NCBI GenBank assembly: GCA_002505685.1
Contig: DAVT01000069.1
Location: forward strand, 1-38,664
Length of the DNA stretch: 38,664 nucleotides
Source of the DNA: Euryarchaeota archaeon UBA501
GTDB taxonomy: Archaea; Thermoplasmatota; Poseidoniia; Poseidoniales; Thalassarchaeaceae
Direction of reading: 5' to 3'
The first letter of the stretch is position 1; each line of letters begins with the position of its first letter. Below the pieces are notes generated by a model that was given only the letters and a program-made list of their open reading frames with translations, was not told where the DNA came from and searched no databases. Both the position numbers and the translations under genes were made by a program. Of the stretch, positions 18,537 through 27,602 are shown one piece after another.

Positions 18537-19820
18537 TCACCATCCACAGGGTTCAAGGTGGGTTTTTCCACCCATTCGTGGTACCAAGCAATCGGGTACC
18601 TTGACACGGCCATCTTCAAGCTGGTATTGTTCCATGATTGCCACAAGGGCTCGACTAGTTGCGACGGCTGTTGAATTGAGTGTATGAACGGCTGCATTAC
18701 CGTCGGTTGTCCGGTAGCGCATCTTGAGGCGATTCGCTTGATAATCGGTGCAATTTGAACAAGATACGATTTCCTTATATTCTCCTCGTCCAGGCAACCA
18801 TGCTTCCAAGTCGTATTTCTTCGCAGCCACAGTTCCCATGTCTCCAGTGCAGATATTTACAACCTCATAATGAAGCCCGAGACTGTCCCACAAATCGACA
18901 CAATTGGTCAGCAATTCTTCGTGTGCAACCCATGAATGGTCTGGATGAGATATGATGATTTGCTCCACCTTGGTGAATTGATGTACCCTCCAAATCCCCT
19001 TGTCACCTTGGCCATGTGCGCCGACTTCTCTTCGGAAACAAGGGGATACACCCACCATTTTGATGGGTAGAAGACTGGGTTCAATCACTTCATCCATGAA
19101 CATCGCTGTGAGTGGATGTTCGCTGGTTGCAATCGTGTAGAACCCTTCGGGCTGCACATTGTACATTACCGATTCAAAGTCCCCGAGATCAGTCACACCT
19201 TCGTACGCCTCACGATTCATCATAACAGGTGGTTGGACAAAGGTAAATCCACGTTCGGCAATGAAATCGACAGCATATTGCTGCAAGGCCAATTCCAAAT
19301 GTGCAAGGTCCCCCTTGAGGAAGAAGAATCGACTTCCAGCGATTTTTGCTGCACGGGGAAGGTCCACCCATCGGTTCATCTCAATGAGTTCGTTATGGGT
19401 CCTAGGTTGGAATTCAAACGCCGGTTTGTCTCCGTGCAGACTATGTTGGGTGTTCCCACTTTCGTCTTCTCCGACGGGAACATCACCATGGAGAATATTA
19501 GGTACTGACATTCGGATTCGGTCTCTTTCCATTTCGTGTTCGTCCGCTAGTTTACCAAGAGCTTCTATTTCAGCAGCGATTTCATCGACCTCAGCCTTAA
19601 TTCGCTTGAATCCCTCTTCATCACCGGCTTTCTTTGCGGCTGCAATTCCTCGCGCCGCCTCGTTGCGTTTTCTTCGGAGTTGGTCAGCATCATAGCGGGC
19701 TTTCCTCCACGCTTCGTCTAAACGAATGACCTCGTCAATGGATTCATGCGTCAAGCCCCGTTTATCGTGATCTGCACGAATCACATCTGCGTGTTCTCGG
19801 AACATTCGAATGTCCTGCAT
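18537..19820 (-). CDS. serS: Seryl-tRNA synthetase
   Basis: N-terminal coiled-coil arm, IATSEHP, motif 2 CFRREVG..RVHQFTKVEQ, EIVSCSNCTDYQA and motif 3 HTLNST..ATSR. Confidence 0.97.
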   Translation of the reverse strand: MQDIRMFREHADVIRADHDKRGLTHESIDEVIRLDEAWRKARYDADQLRRKRNEAARGIAAAKKAGDEEGFKRIKAEVDEIAAEIEALGKLADEHEMERDRIRMSVPNILHGDVPVGEDESGNTQHSLHGDKPAFEFQPRTHNELIEMNRWVDLPRAAKIAGSRFFFLKGDLAHLELALQQYAVDFIAERGFTFVQPPVMMNREAYEGVTDLGDFESVMYNVQPEGFYTIATSEHPLTAMFMDEVIEPSLLPIKMVGVSPCFRREVGAHGQGDKGIWRVHQFTKVEQIIISHPDHSWVAHEELLTNCVDLWDSLGLHYEVVNICTGDMGTVAAKKYDLEAWLPGRGEYKEIVSCSNCTDYQANRLKMRYRTTDGNAAVHTLNSTAVATSRALVAIMEQYQLEDGRVKVPDCLVPRMGGKTHLEPCGW

Positions 19821-19830
19821 GGAACCCCTC

Positions 19831-19847
19831 CGGTTCCTACGGAACCG
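19831..19847. repeat. Intergenic inverted repeat, CCNTAGG-core family
   Basis: CGGTTCC-TAC-GGAACCG 10 nt upstream of the serS ATG. Confidence 0.85.
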
Positions 19848-19873
19848 TACTTCATGCTTGAAAGCGACGGAGA

Positions 19874-22030
19874 TTAGAACAGACTGATGTCGAAAACAAA
19901 GGCTGAACTACCGATGAAGATCATTCCAGAGATGAAGTAACCCAGAATTGCTCCACCATTGAGCAAAGGCAATCCCGCTTGTGGCTTACCACGGGCCACA
20001 TACGTCATCAGAATGCAATAACCGACCAAACTCCCAATCATGGTTCCAATCGCCACCCAGATTGGTGCAGACCATCCAAGGGGCCCTTCGACATCTGGGA
20101 GGAAAGACATCGCCGAAATGCATAGCAGTCCAGGGAATATGACATCACCCAAACCCATCAGCATAGTTTCGTCTAAGCCCTTCCTCGGTGGCATTGGCAT
20201 TTCGGAGGTAGATGTTTCTCTCCGGTCGATTTTCACCCTCCCTCGAGTTGGTTTCTGAGGAGCTACCAACATTACTGGCAATTCCAAATTGACCATGGTA
20301 TCGGCCAACTCAAGCATATGTTTGGATTTGTATACTGCCCATGCGTCATAGATGGCTGCAAGTACCATGAAGATGATGATAATCCAAGGTACGAATGAGA
20401 CTCCAAGCATTGTGATTGTTCCGGCCCCCACCAGCACTCCAACCGTATTGATCACATACCATTCAGGACGTATGATTAGTGCAATCAACAAACCAATTGA
20501 CATCACTAGTGCAATCAATCCAGGTAATGTGTAGATTAGGAATTGGCTAGTATCACTTGGGTGAGCAGTGTACTGCATTGAGGTCCATTCTCCGTACTGC
20601 TCAATCATCAAGATAGCATCATCATTGGTTGAATCTGGATTTTCGATATTGTGAAGCGCCATTGAAATCCGAGGATCGTCCCCTCCAACCTCAAGGCTGC
20701 GCGTGAGTTCAGACATTCCACCGCCCATGAAAATTCTAAGATGGTCACCTTCGATGACCCAGAGATCATTGCTTCCTCCTGAGCAACAATCAGCGAGTAG
20801 TACTCCTCGAACCGAATCCGAAAGTTCCATGGTCATGCGATCTTCGACAGTTCCGTTTTCATGGACATCCCACCCCATCACTCGTCCTTGTGAGGTACCA
20901 AGCAACAGTGTATCCTGCCCCGAGACATTGATTCCAGGCATTGCACCCAGAGTCGCTGTAGCGAATGATTCTCCGTCGCTGAGAGTGATGTCCCAAGTAG
21001 TCTCAACTTGTTCACCAGGTTGTGCTTGTTCTTGTTGCCCTTGTGTTGGGAATTTTACCATACCAGCCCATTGCGGTGATACAATCAAGAAATGTTCTGA
21101 TCCAAATTCTTGAACAAAGATGACTGATTTACCATCAAATGCTTCGGGGAATAGCCAACCATCGCCACAATCTCGTGGCCCAATATCTCCATCATTGATG
21201 ACGGGAATCGGTTCAAGAACGATATCCGTGATGGACCAATCTTGAGCAATGTCATCTTGCCCATCACAAGATTCCCATTTCCAATCTTGCGTTGGTTGTT
21301 CTGGAACAGTGACTTCCTGCCTCAACCCAACATCACAGTCCTTGGTGTGAATATCGATAACATCTCCAGAATCCGCATCAAGCAGAACCCATTGTGTACC
21401 TTCACACATCACAATACCGTCAGCCGAACGGGTGAGTTCTACCGGGCCCGAAACAAATCCATCTTCAGGGGTGATGTTGTGGCTCCAATACTCAATTTCT
21501 CCAGCATTTCCGGCATACTCAAGTGTTGCATTCCCGGACATTGGGTAGTCGACATAGAAGAAATTGGCCCCACCTTCCTCCACGGCTACAATGTATGATT
21601 CAGACACGTCCATGTCATTCGATGTCAATGGAGGAGCCTCTGGGACCAAGACCATGGCTGCCAAGGGATATAGTGTGTATATCATCGCAATCCATAGAAT
21701 GCCAAGTACGCCCCACTTGATGAATTTCTGTAAATTTCTTCTTGCAAGATAGATTATGAGTGCAGTAAAGAGAAAGATGAACACGAGTTCGATGAGGATA
21801 AACCCTGCCTTTGTTGAACCTTCAGCTCCAAATGCACGAATCTCATCATGATTGTAAAAAGGTTGAATTTTCATTGCCAAAAGAATGGTGACGACAAACA
21901 TTCCCGCCATTCCTACCATCGAGCCAGCCTGTGCTTTGAGTTGTTCTAACAGGGAAGCATCTTGGTGTGCAGACTTGCTCTGTTCTGCAGCATCAGCACG
22001 CCGCTTCGCGGCGAATCCGTCACCCGACAT
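19874..22030 (-). CDS. psh: Presenilin-homolog GxGD intramembrane aspartyl protease with a large inserted domain
   Basis: YD (AIYDAWAVY), GLGD (MGLGDVIFPG) and a PAL-like PQAGLPLL motif. Nine hydrophobic segments. Confidence 0.88.
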   Translation of the reverse strand: MSGDGFAAKRRADAAEQSKSAHQDASLLEQLKAQAGSMVGMAGMFVVTILLAMKIQPFYNHDEIRAFGAEGSTKAGFILIELVFIFLFTALIIYLARRNLQKFIKWGVLGILWIAMIYTLYPLAAMVLVPEAPPLTSNDMDVSESYIVAVEEGGANFFYVDYPMSGNATLEYAGNAGEIEYWSHNITPEDGFVSGPVELTRSADGIVMCEGTQWVLLDADSGDVIDIHTKDCDVGLRQEVTVPEQPTQDWKWESCDGQDDIAQDWSITDIVLEPIPVINDGDIGPRDCGDGWLFPEAFDGKSVIFVQEFGSEHFLIVSPQWAGMVKFPTQGQQEQAQPGEQVETTWDITLSDGESFATATLGAMPGINVSGQDTLLLGTSQGRVMGWDVHENGTVEDRMTMELSDSVRGVLLADCCSGGSNDLWVIEGDHLRIFMGGGMSELTRSLEVGGDDPRISMALHNIENPDSTNDDAILMIEQYGEWTSMQYTAHPSDTSQFLIYTLPGLIALVMSIGLLIALIIRPEWYVINTVGVLVGAGTITMLGVSFVPWIIIIFMVLAAIYDAWAVYKSKHMLELADTMVNLELPVMLVAPQKPTRGRVKIDRRETSTSEMPMPPRKGLDETMLMGLGDVIFPGLLCISAMSFLPDVEGPLGWSAPIWVAIGTMIGSLVGYCILMTYVARGKPQAGLPLLNGGAILGYFISGMIFIGSSAFVFDISLF

Positions 22031-22093
22031 GTCTTGGGGGACCCTCAAAGGCCATTTCAAGGCGACCGTTCACCGGAGGTCTGAGGGGGACGT

Positions 22094-23467
22094 ATGGAAG
22101 TTGATGCATGGTCTTGGTTGGAATCCCTCAAATCGTTTGGTTACAATCCATCCTTAGACAATACTGCGTTGCTTCTCAGCCGTCTAGATATGCCCCAGCA
22201 TTCCTTCCCAGCAGTGCATGTTGCAGGCAGTAATGGAAAAGGGACATGCTGTGCTATTTTGGCCAATGCGTTGACTCTATCGGGAACTTGCACAGGATTG
22301 TTCACATCTCCTCATTTGATTTCTGTCAATGAAAGAATCCGTGTAGATGGGGCGCCTATAACAGATATTTTGTTTGAGGATTGTTTGACTCAAATTCAGA
22401 AAGTATCGAAAATTGAGCCAATCGTGAATCCAACATTCTACGAGACCACCTTCTTGGTGGCGATGTTGGCATTCAGGGAAATGGGCGTACAAAGAGCCGT
22501 CATAGAAACTGGTTTGGGCGGTCGATGGGACGCTACTAGATTGGTAGATGCAGATTGTTGTATTCTAACTGAGATTTCCTTAGAGCACACAGACATATTG
22601 GGTGAAACATTGGCAGAAATAGCTGAGGAAAAAGCAGCCATTGTCCGACAGGGTAGACCCTTCATCGCTGCATGGCCCTATGACACGTCGGTGCGCAAAG
22701 TAATCGAACGCACAGTTCGCGATCACGATTGGGCGTGGTGGTGGAGGGGGGACCGCCTTGAATCCGTCAAGTTTTCAGAAGCCGTCAAGGCATTCCGACC
22801 CCTTACAACGAAGGAGTTCGACGGATGGATTCCTTACCAAAAAGAGGCTGCAATGTTGGCAAAATCCGCTCTCCATCGAGTTGGTGAATTTGCAGCCTAC
22901 GAGGCAGTCGAGCGCGCCATCACTCATACAAATTGGCCAGGCAGAATGCAATGGCTGGAATATCAAGATACACCACTGCTCCTAGATTGCGCACACAATC
23001 CCAGCGGAATGGCAAGAGCGTGCGAGCAAATACGTTTTCAGAAGACAAAAGATATGTCTCCAATGCCGGGTGTAATTTTGATTGGTTGTACAACGCAGAA
23101 AGATCTCAGTATATTTCTACAACCCCTCGTCGAAACAATCGTTGAAGGAAACATTGGACATGTATTCGTGACACAACCTCCAGATGGAAGAAAAGAGGCA
23201 GTAGATTGTGAGGAACTCGCCAGCGAACTGCGTGCACATGGGACGGAAGCAGAGATAATTGCTATCCAATCAATTGAGCACGCCCTGAACGAAGCGCAGA
23301 AACAATCGATTGAACTGGATAGTGAATTACCCCAACCCATTCTTTGCATCGGCAGCGTTTACCTGATTGGTGCCATTCTGAAATTAATCGATGAAGATGG
23401 ATTGATGGAATTTCAGAATATACTGGTAGCTCCCAAGGGTGAGGATGGTATCGACCCTGTTGCGTAA
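22094..23467 (+). CDS. folC: Folylpolyglutamate synthase / dihydrofolate synthase (Mur ligase family)
   Basis: HVAGSNGKG, FTSPHL..NERI, ETGLGGRWDAT, WPGR and LDCAHN motifs. Confidence 0.92.
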   Translation: MEVDAWSWLESLKSFGYNPSLDNTALLLSRLDMPQHSFPAVHVAGSNGKGTCCAILANALTLSGTCTGLFTSPHLISVNERIRVDGAPITDILFEDCLTQIQKVSKIEPIVNPTFYETTFLVAMLAFREMGVQRAVIETGLGGRWDATRLVDADCCILTEISLEHTDILGETLAEIAEEKAAIVRQGRPFIAAWPYDTSVRKVIERTVRDHDWAWWWRGDRLESVKFSEAVKAFRPLTTKEFDGWIPYQKEAAMLAKSALHRVGEFAAYEAVERAITHTNWPGRMQWLEYQDTPLLLDCAHNPSGMARACEQIRFQKTKDMSPMPGVILIGCTTQKDLSIFLQPLVETIVEGNIGHVFVTQPPDGRKEAVDCEELASELRAHGTEAEIIAIQSIEHALNEAQKQSIELDSELPQPILCIGSVYLIGAILKLIDEDGLMEFQNILVAPKGEDGIDPVA

Positions 23468-23484
23468 GAAGTCTCAAACGGTGA

Positions 23485-23497
23485 ATGCCGTAGGCAT
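23485..23497. repeat. Intergenic inverted repeat, CCNTAGG-core family
   Basis: ATGCC-GTA-GGCAT upstream of the dCMP deaminase gene. Confidence 0.7.
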
Positions 23498-23511
23498 GGC
23501 TAGGTGGACCG

Positions 23512-23949
23512 ATGAGTTCAAAGTGGGATAAGCGATTTATCGAACTCGCTCACCATATATCGGGTTGGTCTAAAGATCCTTCAACAAAAGTTGGATGCGT
23601 AGTTGTCGGTGAGGATCGAGAAATTCGCAGCACAGGTTTCAATGGATTTCCAAGAGGAATTGCAGATGATTCCGAGCGTTTGGAAGATCGTGAGCAAAAG
23701 TACCCACTCATTTGTCATGCGGAAGAAAATGCAATCATGCATGCAGCCCGTATTGGTTTGTCACTGAAGGGTTGTACTGCTTACGTCACTTGGCCACCCT
23801 GTACCCGTTGTGCCCGTTCCCTAATTCAGGCAGGTGTCGTCGAAGTTGTGTATCCAGAAAATAGCGAAGTTCCTGAGCGTTGGATGCAGGATTTCGACAT
23901 GTCTACTTCCATGATGGAAGAGGCAGGAATCACGATTCGGCAGGCCTGA
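23512..23949 (+). CDS. dCMP deaminase (ComEB/deoxycytidylate deaminase family)
   Basis: WSKDPSTKVG, GFNGFPRG, HAEENA and PCTRC zinc motifs. Confidence 0.92.
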   Translation: MSSKWDKRFIELAHHISGWSKDPSTKVGCVVVGEDREIRSTGFNGFPRGIADDSERLEDREQKYPLICHAEENAIMHAARIGLSLKGCTAYVTWPPCTRCARSLIQAGVVEVVYPENSEVPERWMQDFDMSTSMMEEAGITIRQA

Positions 23950-24478
23950 GAAGTAGTTCTAAAGACGCTCGCAATTCTTCTGAATCACCATCATTGATGA
24001 TGACGATATCCGCCATTTCTGCCGTCGCAATCAATGCCTGTCCACTGTCATCTTTAGCCTTCAATTCAGACTCTTCTTGAGCCACAAATGTTTCCCAATC
24101 CGCTGGGTCACCAGAGCGACCGCGTGATTGCAACCTTTCCCAGCGAACTTCACGTGAGGCTCGGATTTCGATCAATCTGAAATCCGGTCGTATTCGCAAT
24201 GCTTCCACTTCAGCAGGTGTTCGAATTGAGTCGATAACCAAATTTGGTGTCTCTGAATGTTCATCTCTCAGCATTTCCGCCAATATACCCGGGCCATGGG
24301 TGGCTCGAAGTTCGCGGCCCCCTTCAATCAGGTTTTCGCGATTAATTTCGACTCCTTTAGAACGAAGATGAGCACGAATTGAATCCGAACAGGAGGTTGA
24401 GTAGTACCCATTTTCTACTAACCAATCGACAACTGTGGTCTTTCCTGAGGCATTTCGCCCGGTCAGTCCGAACCACAT
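23930..24478 (-). CDS. P-loop nucleotide kinase (dephospho-CoA kinase / NMP kinase-like)
   Basis: GLTGRNASGKTT P-loop, SDSIR, VIDSIR..EVE, R..RL..RGR lid and ADIVIIND. Confidence 0.8.
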   Translation of the reverse strand: MWFGLTGRNASGKTTVVDWLVENGYYSTSCSDSIRAHLRSKGVEINRENLIEGGRELRATHGPGILAEMLRDEHSETPNLVIDSIRTPAEVEALRIRPDFRLIEIRASREVRWERLQSRGRSGDPADWETFVAQEESELKAKDDSGQALIATAEMADIVIINDGDSEELRASLELLLRPAES

Positions 24479-24514
24479 TGAACCCCTGTCCGAGTCCGAT
24501 GTCCATGAGGATTG

Positions 24515-27500
24515 CTAACCCCAGAAGCGACGAGTTTTCGCATACTGTACCTCAGCTTCATGAATCGCTTTCAGTAAGGAATCACGATCACACCCGGGTG
24601 GATGTGCACGGAGAATTCGGGTCGCCACCTCTTCACCAACCCCTCTAGCCATGAGGCAAAGAATAGCATCTAATCCTCGATTTTTGACCATCTCAGCGTT
24701 TCTCATCATTCGATTACGAGTTTTTTCATCATCTGAAGCAACCCATTTTGACAACTCATTACTCAATCCTTCTCTAGCCACTGCGCGCATGGTTGCTTGG
24801 CAAATTACACAGGTTCGATCTAAGTTTTGGAATCGTGCTACCCGAACACGAGTAGGGGATTTACAGCGCAAACAAATCATGGCAATTCTTTCATTCATCA
24901 ATCGAGCCTCCAACCTCCTTCGTACTTCGACGTTGGACCAGTCGGGCAATTGCATATCTCTCTCAGAGCGAGGGGAAACACCCAGTCCCCCAGGGGCCCT
25001 CTGTTCAACGATGACATTTCCATCATGAATTGCGTGGAGTAAATCGACAGTACCCTCAACATCCATACGCTCGTTGAATAATTTGTCCAACGCTTCTTCC
25101 ATCAAGGGTGTATCTTTGTACCTCTGTGCTATTCCATTGAGGTTGACCTTTCTAGGGTCGACTCCTGAGCGAAGCACCCCCATTACTTTGCAAACTTGTA
25201 CAAGTCGCCATCGTAGTTGACGCCCATTTGGTATTGTCACCCGAAGGATCGTAGGCAGGTTTTCGGGATTCGTTTGTGTCAACCAATTCACAACATGTTT
25301 CGCGGTCAATCCAGGTACTTGCAGACTAATTCGGTATGGGTCGACCAACACTCTACCCATTCTTCCATCAATGGTCGAAGCCATGGCTTGCAAAAAGTGT
25401 GCGAGTGTTTCATTGATTCTGCTTCCGTGGCACGAATGGACGATAATTGCATCCTTCCTAGTTTCCACATCTAGGTGATGTTCATCGGGTAGATTTCCTG
25501 AAGCATCGACATGTTCGATAACTTTGTTTACCAATTTTGATAGTGCATCATTGGCCAATGGATAGTCCTCAATGTCACAATCTGGGGCCTTGCCTCCGAT
25601 TCGATCCAATCGGATTCCGTCTCCGATAGTTTCTGACACAGCCCCAGTAGTCAATTCCAAAATGGACCTTCTCAATTGTCCAACTTCTCTAGCGATTTCA
25701 GCAGGTACCGGTGGCAATTCTCCACTCCACACAGGTGCGGTTCCACCTTTTCCAACAGGTGCTACAATCAATTCTGATTTTGCTGGGTCAGCCTCCACAA
25801 TTTCCCAAGTTCTGCCCACGATTACGAAACGCCGTGGGGCTCCATCAGTTTCCTCACCGGAGTTGTTCAATGATAGCACAAACGCTTCATCTACCGAACC
25901 GATTGCGCGCCTAGACACCATGTCACGTACCGTGTATCTCTGTGCATCTGGTATCATAGATAGATGCTCTAGCATGTATGAACGAGTTCTCGCACCTGCT
26001 GATGTCCATCCACCTCTGAGATGTTTTGGCAGTAATTTCCTAATTTCCTTCCGCCATTTGTTAAGTGTTTCATCTGACTGTTGTTCAATGTCCTCTTTGC
26101 TTGGCTTTTTTTCTGGTAGATTTGTTCCTTTAGCCAAACTCTTCCAAAGAGATGGTGCCCATTCAAGTGGGTCCGATGTATCGGGATTTTCGACCAATCG
26201 TATCAGCCATCGATCGTCCAAAATGTGTGCCAAATCGAGAGTATCCTTTGCAGTCCATTGCTGAAAAATTGCAGTACGTTGGAAGATTTCAGTCGTTGCA
26301 GAGAGGGGCACAATACCTTCTGAAAGGGTCATCATTACCATTTGGTTAGCCGCGACAACCCGGGGCATTGTACGCCATCGCACCCCCTCAATTTGTCCAG
26401 CAATTGCGCGACGAGCGATGACCGCTGCTTCTGCAATTTCGTCATGTTCCCAAGCAATCAAATCACCTCGACCGGTTCCTCCCAAAACGTGCTCAGCTCT
26501 CCCAAGACGTTGCAATAATCGATCTACTGCTCTAGGAGATTGAATCTGATGAACATGCCGAATCGCTCCAACATCAATTCCCAATTCCAAACTGCTCGTG
26601 CATACCAATGCGTGCAATTCTCCATTTTGTAATCGATCTTCCATTTCCCTTCGTAAGTCTGCTGAAAGTGAGCCATGGTGGATGCCAATTTCCAGTGAAT
26701 CATCAAAGGTTGCCAATCTACTGGCTACAGTTTCTGCGGCGTTTCGACTGTTAACAAAGACGAGTGCAGGAGCATCTTCTTTGAGCCTTGATGCCAACAT
26801 ACGCAAACTCGCCATGGCTTGAGGTGAGCTATTGTGTTCCAATGCAATGGCTTCATCAGATTCCTTTGGCATTGAACAGGTGATTCTCACCTCGGTATTT
26901 CTTGGTGCATCTGCCACGATGTGTTCGCCATTGCTTGGGGATAGCCAAGATGCAACCTCGGCGGGGTTTCCAACAGTTGCTGATAATCCAATTCGCTGAA
27001 TTGGTCGTTTAGCCATTTCTTCAATTCTCGCCAACCCCACGAGCAGTTGTGATCCTCTCTCAGAAGCAGCCAATTCGTGTACTTCGTCGACAACAATCGC
27101 ATGAACATTTTTCAGATGCTCTCGCAATCGCTTACCTGTCAACATAATTTGCAATGTTTCAGGTGTCGTCACAAGAAGATGAGGTGGGTTTTTTGATTGA
27201 CGGTTCCGCTCCGCTTGCGGTGTATCCCCATGGCGCAACCCCACAGTCAAACCCAGCAATGTTGCCAAACCATCCAACCTTCGGTCGATGTCTCGATTCA
27301 ATGCGCGTAGTGGTGTGACGTACAGGATTGACATCCGCCCCCATTGCTGAGAGTAGCATGAAGATAGAATTGGCAATACTGCCGCTTCAGTTTTACCCGA
27401 TCCAGTTGGGGCAACAAGTAGTCTGTGCTTTCCACCGAGTAGAGGTTCCATTGCAACTTGCTGAATTGGAGTTGGCTCCCATTTCTCCGAATGAAGATGA

Positions 27501-27538
27501 TCGGCCAATGGTTTGCAAAGCATACCATAGACAGACAT
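24515..27538 (-). CDS. lhr: Lhr-family SF2 DEAD/H helicase with C-terminal Zn finger
   Basis: APTGSGKT, TPLRALNRD, TTPETL, DEVH, SAT, HHGSL, SSLELGIDVG and QRLGRA motifs. CLRC/CVIC pairs near the C-terminus. Confidence 0.92.
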   Translation of the reverse strand: MSVYGMLCKPLADHLHSEKWEPTPIQQVAMEPLLGGKHRLLVAPTGSGKTEAAVLPILSSCYSQQWGRMSILYVTPLRALNRDIDRRLDGLATLLGLTVGLRHGDTPQAERNRQSKNPPHLLVTTPETLQIMLTGKRLREHLKNVHAIVVDEVHELAASERGSQLLVGLARIEEMAKRPIQRIGLSATVGNPAEVASWLSPSNGEHIVADAPRNTEVRITCSMPKESDEAIALEHNSSPQAMASLRMLASRLKEDAPALVFVNSRNAAETVASRLATFDDSLEIGIHHGSLSADLRREMEDRLQNGELHALVCTSSLELGIDVGAIRHVHQIQSPRAVDRLLQRLGRAEHVLGGTGRGDLIAWEHDEIAEAAVIARRAIAGQIEGVRWRTMPRVVAANQMVMMTLSEGIVPLSATTEIFQRTAIFQQWTAKDTLDLAHILDDRWLIRLVENPDTSDPLEWAPSLWKSLAKGTNLPEKKPSKEDIEQQSDETLNKWRKEIRKLLPKHLRGGWTSAGARTRSYMLEHLSMIPDAQRYTVRDMVSRRAIGSVDEAFVLSLNNSGEETDGAPRRFVIVGRTWEIVEADPAKSELIVAPVGKGGTAPVWSGELPPVPAEIAREVGQLRRSILELTTGAVSETIGDGIRLDRIGGKAPDCDIEDYPLANDALSKLVNKVIEHVDASGNLPDEHHLDVETRKDAIIVHSCHGSRINETLAHFLQAMASTIDGRMGRVLVDPYRISLQVPGLTAKHVVNWLTQTNPENLPTILRVTIPNGRQLRWRLVQVCKVMGVLRSGVDPRKVNLNGIAQRYKDTPLMEEALDKLFNERMDVEGTVDLLHAIHDGNVIVEQRAPGGLGVSPRSERDMQLPDWSNVEVRRRLEARLMNERIAMICLRCKSPTRVRVARFQNLDRTCVICQATMRAVAREGLSNELSKWVASDDEKTRNRMMRNAEMVKNRGLDAILCLMARGVGEEVATRILRAHPPGCDRDSLLKAIHEAEVQYAKTRRFWG

Positions 27539-27563
27539 CGCCCTTCCCCGTAGGGGATGGGCG
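27539..27563. repeat. Intergenic inverted repeat, CCNTAGG-core family
   Basis: CGCCC-t-TCCCC-GTA-GGGGA-t-GGGCG abutting the lhr ATG. Confidence 0.85.
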
Positions 27564-27602
27564 AAGGGCGTGTGATTTCAATACGCCGAATGAAATCTAG
27601 AG

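Noticed and set aside
18533..18697. N-terminal extension of YaaA
   Set aside because: Overlaps serS in another frame. The family N-terminus (ISPAK) starts at 18532.
11045..19847. Reading the CCTACGG hairpins as cUNCGg RNA tetraloops
   Set aside because: That register needs a bulged C in each stem. The perfect register is the 3-nt loop, and other members lack UNCG.
24487..24506. Short GTCC(GA) direct repeats between the kinase and lhr
   Set aside because: Too short to distinguish from chance.
25572..26264. 230-aa antisense ORF inside lhr, and similar shadow ORFs such as 19159-19695 and 15866-16297
   Set aside because: Antisense shadows of well-supported genes, with no recognisable motifs.
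24515..27538. Intein or defence-system role for the Lhr helicase
   Set aside because: No intein splice motifs or LAGLIDADG seen, helicase motifs are contiguous, and the neighbours are housekeeping genes.
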